Source of the DNA: Vitrella brassicaformis CCMP3155
Taxonomy: Eukaryota > Protista > Chromerida
Assembly (NCBI GenBank): GCA_001179505.1
Contig: CDMY01000356.1
Span: 186,001-250,000, forward strand
Reading direction: 5' to 3'
Length of the DNA stretch: 64,000 nt
Shown: positions 12,501-24,232 of the stretch, piece by piece
Layout: each line of letters opens with the position of its first letter
Numbering within the stretch: position 1 is the first letter of the stretch
Program-made: the position numbers and the translations under genes
The notes under the pieces: model-generated
Told to the model about the DNA's origin: nothing
The model's input: only the letters and a program-made list of their open reading frames with translations
The model's database searches: none

Positions 12501-15500
12501 GCCGGCGGTGCCTTTGCTGGTCGGTGTGCTGTAGAAGGAGGGCGTGAGAATGGCTGCGCTGAGGGGGAGCGACGCGTTGAGAGGCGGTGGGGGTTTGTCG
12601 AATTGCAGATGCTGGGGAGCCGCGATGGTCCACTGGTAGTGGCAGAGGGGAGAGGTGTGGGGGACAGGGATGGACGTGTTGCCCTGCGACGAGTGCACGT
12701 TGCCGAGGGGCAGCGGGAGATGCCCGATGGTGTAGGGGTAGCCCTGCCGCGTGACGAGCGAGGCCGTCAGCACCTTGCGCTTGCCCTCCATCAGATCTAC
12801 CTCAAAGAAATGCGGCAGAGAGATGGCCCGTCCCCCCTGGCCAGTGGGCTTCGTCTCCTGCACCACCACGCCTCCCGGTGTGTCTACCATCACCTCGAAC
12901 CGCAGCTGGGAGGCGCAGAAGGGGAAGTAGACCAGATAGTGCAGATCGTCTTCATGGAGATGACGCATCTCGCTCGGCCGGCAGTCGACTGGGCTCATGC
13001 GATTGCTATCCACTATGGTTCCGTCCTGGTCTTCCTCCAGTGCGGGCTCGACGCGCACATCGATGGCCGCCACGCCGATGCCGTCGCTCCGCACACCCAC
13101 GATGTACTGCAGCCTCACCCTATCCCCCCCACCCGCAGCCACACTCACGCCGAAGTCGTAATCGTGGCGTAGCGTCCCCCGCTGCCTCACAGATGGCCGC
13201 GCGCCCACCAGAGCAACGTCCACGCGTCTATCAGGGAGCGTCAGGGGCTTCCCCCTGCCCACAGCACCGCCCAGAGAGAACCACACAGGGTCGACCAGCG
13301 CCTCTGCGTAGGCAACGTCGGTCGCATTGGTGATGACGACCAGCCGGAACCGCGGCGTGCGGGGTTTGGTCATGTTTGCCGGCGCCTGCCGCTGGAGTAT
13401 CCGTTGGAGCTTGTCAAGGTTGACTTCGAGCTGCAGCTCTATCTCGTATGTGTGGTTGCGGGGCAGCAGCACCAGCCGCCGGTCAGATGGCGACACGAGC
13501 CGGAAGGGCGGCTGGATCTCCACTGGCACGCGTGAGCTGGCCCCGCCGTCGTACCTCCCCTGCAGCCCGAAGGCGGTGGGATCCTCGCGCCGCCCGTCTG
13601 TGTCGCGGCGATTGGCGAATGGACAGACGGAGGAGAGAGGGGGGTAGGTGTAGAACGGCGAAGGGCGTGGGAACAGCTGTCCGATGAAGCACTCTCCCTC
13701 GTTGCCGCGGTCGATGTGGACGCCGGCAAGGGGGTCGATGTCGATGGTCACGTTTGAAGTGGTTGGGAAGGTTTGGGGCAGGGACGGTGCTGGTGCGGGG
13801 GCTGCTGCTGCCAGGGATGGGTGGGGGTGGGTGGGGGGCGCTTGGAGAGTGTCGAAGGTCCAGTGGGGGCTGTGAGAGGATATGTTGGCAATGCCGTACC
13901 TGCACCGCACCAACCACGAGACGAGCACCCACACACGAATGCACCTCCATACGTCTTGCTGCCTCCAGCTCAGCTCACCCGTATTTGTCGAATGGCACCA
14001 GGACGAAGGGGAAGGGCCTGTCGTCGCCGCAATCGAGCACCACCCCCCTCCCCACCACCACCGCGTCTCGCCTGGCCGCACACTGCCGCACCCCGCCCTC
14101 TGCGATGCCTCTGGCGAGCGACCGTCTGTTGGCGGCTGCGTGTGACGCGTTGGTGAGCAGTGTGTATGGGTAGTGGTAGACCTCCATGCCCACTGGGAAG
14201 GAGCACCCAACCACCAGACGGCCGCGCTCGGACACCTCGCGCGGAGTGCTGACAAGACAAGACAATTAATTGCACACAGACAGCGGGTAAATGAATGAAC
14301 ATCCTATCTTAAGGCATGCTAGGTTGGAAATATATATAAGATTCTGTGGGTCATTCACATGGGCGGTCCAGGAGCGTTCGGCAGCGCTTCAGCGATGACG
14401 TCGATATCGACCTCAACCACCTCTGCTTCCTGCTTGCAGGTGACCTTGACCACCACGTCCCCATCGTCGCCTGGCGGCATCTCGGCCACCACCTCCGTCC
14501 GCAGCATCTCGCCTATCCTCTTGGTGGACATCACGCAAAGGTCACTCCGCCTGTGCTCATTGCCGCACCGGACAACCTCATCGCTCACATTGGCCAGCAC
14601 CTCCACAGCCAACGGGTGCTGCAGCCGCTCCTTCTCGCTAGACAGGGGCGGCACCGCGGCCACCGATGTGTTGGCGGCCACGCGGATCTTTCGCCTGAAA
14701 GATGGGTGCGACGGTGGGCCGCCCAACACGGGTACCGTGAGGCTGTCGCCGACACCGATCATGCGCACTTGGGTGCGGAGAAGGGACAGGGCGACGGCCA
14801 CCGATGTGTCATCAAGAGAGGTGCGTGAGGGTGGAGGCGGCAGAGATGGGACAACAGAGGGTGCTGTGGGGGGCGGGGGAAGGTCGAGGTCGACCAGGCT
14901 GTACCCCCGGTAGAATGGCCGCGGCGTGGCGGCATGGTCCAGCTGCTGCACACGGCACAACAGAAGCGTGGCGAACGTCGCAAGACCACCTGTCAGTGGC
15001 GGTGGCCCGGCACCGGCCCCCTCATCCTCTCCCATAGCGAACATAACGAGCCTCCCCAGCGCCTTCAAGCGTGGCGAAGACCCACCAGCGGCCACCTTGG
15101 TGAAGAGGGGCGAGGTCAGCAGCATGGTGTCCGTCACAGCCGTCTCAACCCCCACTCTCTCCCCCAAATACTCCGCCACAGACGTCCCAATCTCCTCTGT
15201 CTCATTGACCGCGGCGCCATCCCCTAACGCCCATCTCACGTTGTGCAAGGGCAGAGTGACGAAGTCCTGCAGGCGGAATCTGGCGTCGGTTCTGTCGTAG
15301 ATGCGCATGTCCTGTTTGGAAAAGACTGGCCGTGGGGCGAGGTAGCGTGAAGGGTCAGGGGCGGGAGAGATCAGTGAGCCTTCCAGCATGACGTCGCCCA
15401 GAGTGTGGGAGGTGATGTTGACGAATGCCTCGGGGCGGGACTGCAGGTGCTCCGGGAGGTCTTGGCTCTCGATGTGCGACGCATTGACGCGACCATACCG

Positions 15501-18500
15501 ATCGGCAAAGGCAGCGACCTGACCAAGACAGACACCGATGGATGCACAACCACCATCTACTTTACCATCCACACACACCAAGCCAGGTAGGTGCTGATCG
15601 ATCTATGTCATTCACTCTCACCGTCTTCCTGCCTTCGTCCCCCATGTGTGTGAGTATGAGCTGTCCCTTGGCGGCCAGAAAGTAGTGGGTGCCGCTCATC
15701 TCGCCATCCCTCTCGAATATGGGCACAAAGGCATACCCAATTGCCTCGTAGAAGTGCACCAGTCGCCGCACCGTCATATCGGGGTAGGTGGCGTCCTCGA
15801 TGATGAAGGCGGGGTCGAAGTAGTGGTAGAAGTAGCTGTCGGTGTAGGTGCCGGGCCACGATGGACGGGGCGGGGGGAGCGTGGCGGGGAAGGACTGGAG
15901 AGTCCGCTTGGTGGCGAGGAGGGCGGCCCAAGTGGGGACGCCCACATAGCCATACACAGTGGCCTGCAGACAGACAGAAATCACATCGATACGATACACA
16001 CATAAAGATGAAAAAAGGCAGGTTTGTATGTGTGTAGGGGGTGGGATATATTGGCATACAATGGTGGATCGGTTGATCCTCAGCAATGGAGACGGCACAG
16101 TGATATGCACGCCCTCGATCTTCTTGACCATCACAGCCAAACGGAAAGTCTCAAACCGCCGCTGCGACGCCACATAGACGCCCTTCGCTCCCTCCTCACC
16201 GCTTCCCGTCCTCACGGTCACCCGCACATAGCACACGCCCTCCCTAGTGTCAGCCCGGATCGACAGCTTCGCGCTGAAAGCGTCGCCCCTCGACGTATCG
16301 ATGTCGACCTGACAGACGTCCTCCACATTGCGGACGCCCCTCATGTCCTGGCACGTCGTGTGGACGTCGTAGCCCCCATTGGCATCAATGTGGTCCAGGT
16401 CGGCCCGGAGGCTGTGTTCGGGTGGCAGGAGGACCTCTGGCGGCAGGGGGATGGGCGAGATAGGCGTGACTCGCGCCGGGATGGACGCCGAGGCAGGCTC
16501 AAGAATCCGCAGGTGGCGGCGGCAGGCCAGTGGGGGGAAGGGAGGGTGTGAAGGGATGGGGGCTGCGGCGTATCTGAACATGTTGGTGAGGTGAGTGAAC
16601 CGGAAGTCCAGGGCGAGCTCCTCATTGCCGAAGGCATGCACCAACAGCCAGGCCTTGTTGGGAGCGGCAGCCAAGACCTCCAGTGGCGGCGGCTGGTCCA
16701 CATCCACCGGATGGCCCACGGTAAGGTCGTAGTCAAAGTGATAGTTCTGTGGCACGTAGAGGTTCACCCCCTCGCCGTCTCGATCGACCCCCCACAGCCG
16801 CACCCACAGCAGATAGTAGCTCCCCCGGATCAGCCGCAGCCTCCCATCCGACGCAGAAAACGATGTGTTCTCCTCTTCCTCCAGCCGAGGCAGTCGACGA
16901 GGCGGCAGACCCCCGAGCAGAGGGCTCCTCCCCTCTGTGATGTTGGCGGCGAAGTAGCCCTCGATCCACTCGTCGAGCACGGGCGACGTGAGGGGGTACG
17001 CCAGTGGCAGGTGGTCCTCCCTGCCCCCCTCCTGCCTCGCAAGGTACCCCCACAGGCGCGTGTCGTAGTCGGCGAGGAGGCCGGTCGTCTTGAGGATGTC
17101 TTGCGGGATGGGCAGGTGTGTCATGACCACATCCATCGACTGCGGCTCATACACCTCCACCCGGCCCCTGGGGCTCTCGGCCAGCACCTCCTCCCCATCG
17201 CTCTCGTCCAGATGCACGCGGGGGTCGAGAGCCATGATGTCGGCCTTGCCCGGCTGCAGCGCCGTCACATTGCCAGTGGTCGCTTCCAAATCGATGGGTG
17301 GCGTCTCGTTACCCACGCCAAGCGACCGCATCACGCGCCAGTCGAAGGCCAAACCAAGTTCGTCACCCCCTCCCTCCCCTCTCAGCTTGCCCTCCATCAG
17401 CCTCTTGGCATCTGGCCCGTCACGCGGCAAAGCGGGCGGCACGAGCGACAACCTTCGGGACGGCACGAGCGCCGGGCTGCCATCGGATGTGTTGCGCCGC
17501 GGCAAGTACACCTGGTACTGGAACTGGCCGTAGGTGGGCATCCTCAATGTGTGTGGGAGGATCTCGTATTCCTCCAGTACACGATAGATGACCTCGTGTG
17601 ACGGCAGGGGGAGGGATGGCGGGAGGGGCAACAAGGAGGGCGCGATGAGGTAGTCGGATGCACTGAGCTGGGCGCGCACCTTTGCGCGGCCGATGGCGAG
17701 GCTCTGCAGGAGCAGGGTGCTGTTGAGGAGGGTCACATTGACGGGACCCGGGCCTCTAGCGTGGTGTGCCGTGCCGTTCTGCGCCACCTCAAACACCTCT
17801 GACGGGCCAAAACACACACCACAACAACATAATCTGACCCCCTCCCTTTTCTCGCGTTCCTTTCTCTTCTCCGTGTCCTACTCCCACTCTTACCACACTC
17901 AGGTACCTGTGTCCTTGTTCTTCTCATTTGGGGAGAGTATGGATGTGACGGTCCACTGCAGCTCCAAACCGTCGAGGGACGAGAACCAGTTACCGGCCGC
18001 GTCACGTCCCTGCGCAGACGCCGTCTCCACCTCACCCAAATAGATGACCTTGGTCCTGGTCTCGAGGAACAGCTCGTGCACCAGGCCAAGATACACCTGC
18101 ACAGAGTGGCTCCGCCGCCCGGTGGTCGCCTTGCCGCTTGTCGATGCTGGTGCTGTTGCGGTGGTCGATGCCACACACTTGTCGCCGGGCTGCGCGGAAG
18201 AGGGAGTGTCCACCTCGACGTCGAGCCGGGTCGACCGTTTCTGCAGTATCGACTGCAGCAGGGCCAGCCTTTTCCCCTCGTCCATGGCGGGGAACTTGTC
18301 GTGCATCTCCTGAGCCACCTGGGCCAGAATCGTCTCGTGTACCCTTACGGCGTCCTCCCCCACCTCGAGCAGAGGGCTGCCCTCGTACTCGGCCGGCTTG
18401 CACACTCTCCTGCCCGCCACCCGCTGGCCGCTTGCCTGGTCGACAACTTCCACCCACTCGTCGTGCTGCACTCGCCACCGGTAGCACACGCAGTAGGTCG

Positions 18501-18708
18501 GCTCCCGGGCGTAGGGCGGCAGCTTGACGTGCAGCTGCAGCGGCACCGACACACGGTGGCCGGGGGAGCTGTACGGGAGGAGGATGAGGGGGCTGGGCAG
18601 GTGGAGAGAGAAGTCCTTCAGTGGCACACACGCCGACAAGATCACCCAGCCGAGCACCAGGATAATGGCGATCAACGAGCGGGAGAAATGCCCTCCGGAT
18701 GACTGCAT
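9532..18708 (-). CDS. NUP210: Nuclear pore membrane glycoprotein gp210/NUP210-like protein (signal peptide, tandem Ig-like domains, C-terminal TM, S/P-rich tail)
   Basis: The signal peptide (SLIAIILVLGWVILSAC) is followed by LILLPY...CYRW and ETRTKVIYLGE...QGRDAAGNWFSSLDGLELQW, resembling gp210 'LLP...CYRW' and 'ALDSEGNTFSTLAGLVFEW'. Other matches are GNVTALQPGKADI and GRVEVYEP. Long exons are at 15562-17817, 14355-15581, 12220-14255, 11345-12169 and 9532-11292. A hydrophobic TM (YWCLYMVFMLPLFAVIVLALLALSLCC) lies near the C-terminus. Confidence 0.75.
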
Positions 18709-19161
18709 GTTGGTTGGTTGGACGGATGCAGCCAGTTTGGAAGAGGCAGGCAGCAACACGATGGATGAATCGGCCGATGGCAGATCACCTCACCGACTCG
18801 TTTGGTGTCCAAGTTGCCGTCGTCTGAGGCCTCTCAGATCCACCCAAGGTCCTCACGGGGTCGCAGACGGACACGTACATCATCCCAAGCCTGGCATGTC
18901 AAGATGCCGTCACGCATTCACTGATTTGTTGCGGCTGTCCGAGAGTCACGCATTCAAGCTTTAAAGCGACAACACGACAAAGCACTTTCTTCGTTGAAAG
19001 AACACCGATCGGATAACAGCTCGCCCGCGAAGCTAGGCTCGCAGAAGAGACCGATTTCTCTCCTGACAAACCGCCTCTCGTCTTTCGCCTTTCCCTGTCG
19101 CCAGCCAGCGCAGCGGATTGCACAATTAAGGAAAGAAATTAAGAGCTTGAAAAGACAGACA

Positions 19162-20642
19162 ATGATGCTGGATATCGGTACTGAAGGTCTGCGGCCAGCC
19201 GACACATCCACCAGACACACAGAAGACTCTGTCACGTGGGTCAACACGCACACCGCACACACGAGCAACAAACAGAGTAACTGAGATGGGTGCCGGCGTT
19301 GCGTTTGTGTGTTTGTTGCAGAGCTGAGGGCCCGAGGGACGAGGATGGGCGTCTTCACGGCAAGGGAAAGGAGAGGTGGCCTGACGGCACAGACTATGAG
19401 GGTGGCTACAGGTCAGCAATAGATTGACACCGGCAAAGAAAACGAATGGCCCACTGCCTACCTACCTGAGATCATGCGTCCATTCGGCCACTCACTCGTT
19501 CGTTGGTCAGCCACGGGATGAAGCATGGTGAGGGTTGCTTTCGGTGGCCTGATGGGGGGTCCTACACGGGGCAATTCAAAGACGATTTCATGCACGGTAC
19601 GTACGCACACAACACAGACAGATGCGGTGCGGCCAATCGAATGCCTCCCTCCCCGACACACACACTCAGCCAGCCAGCAACGTGTTGTGTGTTGTGACTA
19701 CAGGTCAGGGTGTCTATCGCTTCGCGGATGGGCGCGTGTACACTGGACAGGTGGGGTGGGGGATAGAACGCATCGCATCGACAGGACAGACACGCAACCT
19801 AATCTGCCCCCTCGCGTCTCTCCCTCATTGCTCCGTCAACCCACGTCGATATATCAGGTGGCAAATGGCCGCATGGAGGGACACGGAACGTTCGAGTAAG
19901 ACAGGCAGACAGACGAGCGTCAGTACAGATGGACTGACTCACCAGACGGCGCCTTGTTTGCCCATTCATTCGCCAGGTGGCCAGACGGCCGCATCTACAA
20001 GGGTGCGTATCGAGATGACAAGAAGGAGGGCTTCGGAATGTTTCGGTGGACCGACGGGCGGTGCCACAGGGGCATGTGGCAGAGCGGCAAACAGAGCGGG
20101 GAGGGCGTCTTCACCACCGTCCAGGGCGAATCGAGGAGGGGTATGTAAGCTAACCTAACCGCACGCAGAGAGATTGATCGACCCATTTGTTGACGAACTC
20201 GGTGTGTGTACTTGTGTTTATTCCTCCCTCCCCTCTCTCTCTCTGTGCCTGTCTGTCAGGTGTGTGGCAGGAAGGGAAGCTGGTCAAGTGGACGAGCGAC
20301 CCCTTCGACGACCCCAACCCCCCGTCGATCGAGGAGGTGGTGTCCATCCAGGTCATCGCCCCGCACACACCGCCCCCACACAACGAGATCATCCTGGAGG
20401 AGCAGCTTCCCTCACCCGCATCACCAAACAGCGAAGAGCCCACACAGGACCACCCAGAAGCAGCACCAACAGGGCAGGAGACAGCCAAGCCGCGTCTGAG
20501 TGAGGACGAGCACCGGAATGGTGTCGATCGGTCGGCTGATGCGCAGAACGATGAGGGGGTCGGGGAGGGGGAGGGAGGGAGGGGGCGGAAGAAGAAGAGG
20601 GTGCCGCAGGCCAAGTGCTGCCAAGCGTGCGTCATTGCCTGA
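19162..20642 (+). CDS. MORN-repeat protein (~6 repeats) with C-terminal polybasic/CC/CaaX membrane anchor
   Basis: Repeats such as HGKGKERWPDGTDYEGGY, HGEGCFRWPDGGSYTGQF and EGFGMFRWTDGRCHRGMW run across short exons. The protein ends GRGRKKKRVPQAKCCQACVIA*. Confidence 0.9.
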
Positions 20643-20956
20643 TGGATTGATGTGTCTGTCTATCTACCGAGACAGAGCCTATCTATATAGAACGAAAGGT
20701 CTGGGTGTGTGAGTGGTTTGTGGGAATAGGTGTCTTTGTGTCAATTCATTCGTTCGCCGAGGGTCGCAGGGGCGTGTGTTTGTGACGGGGGAAGAAACAA
20801 CACATATTAGATAGAGGACGTCGTGCTCATCCGTTCGTTCTTCGTGGGGACGGAAGTTGTGTCTAGGCCCAATTAGTTGCGCTAAGAGCCATTCATTCAC
20901 ACACACACACTGTCATGGCTGCCTGCCTGCCTGCCTCCAGCCTTGCCCCGTTTCCC

Positions 20957-23019
20957 TCACACACCCGTCTCTAGTTCTGCTCCTGCCTGGCCCTCTCGCC
21001 CTGCCCCCTGGTCCTCTTCCTCTTCCCCTGGCCTGTCTGCACTGCTGCAGATGGGTACATCACTGTCCCTCAATATCACCTCGATGTACTCGGCCTTTTC
21101 CGCCGCCCCCAGCGACCGCCAGTGGCTCCTCTTGATGGCTATCGGGTTGTACCCATATTGCCTGACAGACACAAAGGCACGGACACACACATGACATGGG
21201 TCATGCGGGTGGCCACCCGATGCCACACAGACAGACAGACAGACAGGTATGTGTGTGTGTGCGGGCCCGTAGGTACCTGAGGTGTATGAGCTGGAGGAGG
21301 GTGCTGCCGCATGGCTGCAGGCCGTTGCGAGAGCACTCGGACACCACTAACAGCACATCACGACGACCACCTGCCATCACACACACAAAACCCATGCCGC
21401 ATTGCATTGCAATCCATTCATCAATAGGCTGGCTGTCTGTGTGTGTGTGTGGCGTACGCAGCTTGATGTCGAGTACGTATGGTGCGTCGATTTGGTACTC
21501 CACGGTGTGCGGCACAGACAGCTTCGTCAGCTCTGATGACACCTGCACACACACACCACACAAACATCCATCCATTCATCCATCCATCCGTCCATCAGTC
21601 AGTCAAACCATCGCGCGGCCGACATCTCTCTCTCTCTCTCTCTGGGGTTCACTGACTGACTCAAATGGCTGACCTCGTGGACTTGGTCGATGAATGGCGC
21701 GCCGAAGCCGCCTCTGTGCATGGCCCAGGTGCGCATGCCCTCGTAGACACAGCGTGGGTGCATGTTGTGTCTGAGCCAGGGGAACTGGATCATGTGTGCC
21801 AGCCACAGGTGGAACACGCGGTACCGCTCCCTCTCCCACGCTGGGGTGCTGCCGATCTTCCGGTACAGAAAACTCAACGCATACGGCACATCAGCTGCAG
21901 CATATAATATCACACACACACACACAGAAGTTTCCTTTTGCCTGTGTGTGTGGGTGTGTGTGTCTGTGTCTGTCTGTCGGCCCCTCCACCGGCTCACCAG
22001 CAATCGAGTAGACAGCAATGGCGAAGACGGCCTTGGTCGCCGCTTCCTCGCTCACATCGTCCAAATGGTCCTCCAGGTACCGCACCACCCCTTTCACCAC
22101 AGCCAGCACCTCGCCGCCCCCTCCCAGACCCACACCGAAATACGCCAACGACTCCAGATAGCCGCACAGCTGCGTCAGCGACACGCCAGCAGGCCGCCGC
22201 AGGTTGGTGGCCAGATCGACGTGGCTCAGCACCCGGTCGCACGTCGCCAGAAGTGCATCATCGAAGCGCAGAGCCACTCGCCGGAACGCGCAGACGCACG
22301 TTATCAGCTCGCCGACGGTGAACATGCCCGTGTGGCGCGCGACGGTGCGGGCGACGGCCTCGAAGAGTGAGTCGTGTTTTGGCCGGTTGTGTGCGGCGAA
22401 GCCATGGGCGATGCCGGCGAGCTCGCTGGGAGAGAACTCCTGGAACCGTGATAAGATGCTGGCCTCGGTCGACTCGAACAGCCTGGCGTGATACATCTCC
22501 AGCGAGCCGAACAGCTGGACCATCCTCACTGTCTGCTGGTGGTCCAGGGTGCCCTTGTCGATGAAGTGGTCCGCGCACCGGTCATAGAAGGGGTGCTTGA
22601 GGTAGCCCGCCCAGAAGTAGGCGTCGGCGCACTTGAGTAGCACGTCGAGGTCTGTCACGGGCTGCGTCATGAGCGGCTTGAGGTAAGAGCCAAACAGCCG
22701 GAAGTATTTGTGGCCGAGCTGGCGAAGGGCGAGAATCACATTGGCGAGGCTGTCGAAGTCGAGCTTGTCACGGAAGTTGAAGAGGTCGCTGAGCAGCACG
22801 TCGTATCGCTCGTCGGCCATGAGGTTTGAGCGCTGCACCACGTCGGCGTCTTCGTAGAGCACTCCCAGCACCTGCAGCGCCGTGATCAGATTGTGCACGA
22901 AAAACACCCCACGGTGCGTGACCAGCAGACCCAACATCTGCAGAAACACACGATGAATCAATGAACGACACACAGAGGAAATGGATTGGCAGGGAGACCA
23001 ACATTTCACACATTCCCGG

Positions 23020-23054
<35 letters not shown>

Positions 23055-23448
23055 TGACCTCGTCGATGGTGTTGGCCTTGAGAAGCAGCTGGTCGAGCTG
23101 CATACAGATGGGGTTGGCGTACACGACAGCCGCCAGACTCCGCTTCCTCTCCTCGACGGCTTTCCGCCTCTGCAGGGCCACCTGGTGACTCCACTCATGC
23201 TCGCGGCCGGGAGGGGACTCATCTCTCTTGACCGCCGCCTGCATGAGGGCCCGCGGGTCAAACGAGCCGAAGGCGGACTCACCGCTGCTGACGGTGGGAA
23301 AGCGGCTGGGGAGGGGAGGAGGTGGGGAGCTGATCGACGCAGTGGATGCGCGTCGGGCTGCACCCGCCGATGGATAGATGGCGCATCTGGGCTGCCGGTG
23401 ATTGGCCGTGAGTCGGCCGAGCTGGCGGAATGACGCATCTCTTCGCAT
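20957..23448 (-). CDS. RAP-domain protein with OPR/HPR-like helical repeats (organellar RNA-binding, FASTK-like)
   Basis: About 37-38 aa helical repeats (FSPSELAGIAHGFAAHNRPKHDSLFEAVA; FTVGELITCVCAFRRV). The C-terminal RAP-like segment is EVS..LTKLSVPHTVEYQIDAPYVLDI...GSTLLQLIHLRY.GYNPIAIKRSHW. The N-terminus is Arg/Ser-rich and acid-poor, like a presequence. Confidence 0.85.
21898..21975. repeat. Representative intronic complementary microsatellite pair (CA)n ... (TG)n
   Basis: cacacacacacacacag...ctgtgtgtgtgggtgtgtg within a RAP-gene intron. The same arrangement recurs in many introns of the window. Confidence 0.85.
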
Positions 23449-23688
23449 CAGTTGCTGTCCTCAGACGAATCACGCTCAATCGCTCCACATGCACAGAGGA
23501 ACCCAAGGAACACACGCACGAGGTCCAGAACGAAGCCCACGGCTAGAGCAAAACTGACACGAGCGCGCTCGCGAAACGCATGTGCAATGCGCGTGCAGAG
23601 AGCTACGGTGTGATCCCTCGAGTCGTGCACATAATAAGAGATCTGCCACTGTGGATGTGAGGCAGCGACAAAGACGAAGGAAGAATTG

Positions 23689-24200
23689 ATGGATGACGAG
23701 CAGCCCGGTCCTCGAGTCGGAGAAAATCCCAAGCGCAAAGCCGGCCGATACACAGGCGTACCACACCCCGAGCACAGCTCCCGCTCCTCGCTCATCCATT
23801 TGGCGAACTCCCTGTTAGCCATCGACGAGCTCGAGGCGGCGCTGCCCGTGGTTGAGGCGGTAGTGCGGCATGTTGACGCGGGCCTGTGGGTGCCGCCCGA
23901 GGTGGTGCGGCTGTGCGAGGAGGCCATCGGCAGACTGGGGGAGCGGCACGCACTGTGTGAGGAGCTCAGGCTGAGGTTCTACCGGGGGGTCGCCAACTCG
24001 ACCGCTTTCATGGTCAGTCTGACAGACAGACGTACACAACACAACGGCCTGTCTGTTCTTTGGATCTGTGTCATTTCGCTCGTGTGTGTGTGTGTGTGTG
24101 TGTGTGGCAGCGTGAGGATATGATTGGTCGTCTGATAGACTTCTGGCTGAAGAAGGGACAGCACGAGGAGATCAAGAGCTTCGACGAAAAGTACACAGTG

Positions 24201-24232
<32 letters not shown>

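Noticed and set aside
16591-17601. 336-aa plus-strand ORF
   Set aside because: It is antisense to a gp210-like exon and has no motif or splice support.
7997-20642. ISP and MORN genes flanking gp210 as a possible 'IMC/envelope gene cluster'
   Set aside because: Three loosely related functions among about 20 unrelated genes is compatible with chance, and there is no evidence of co-regulation.
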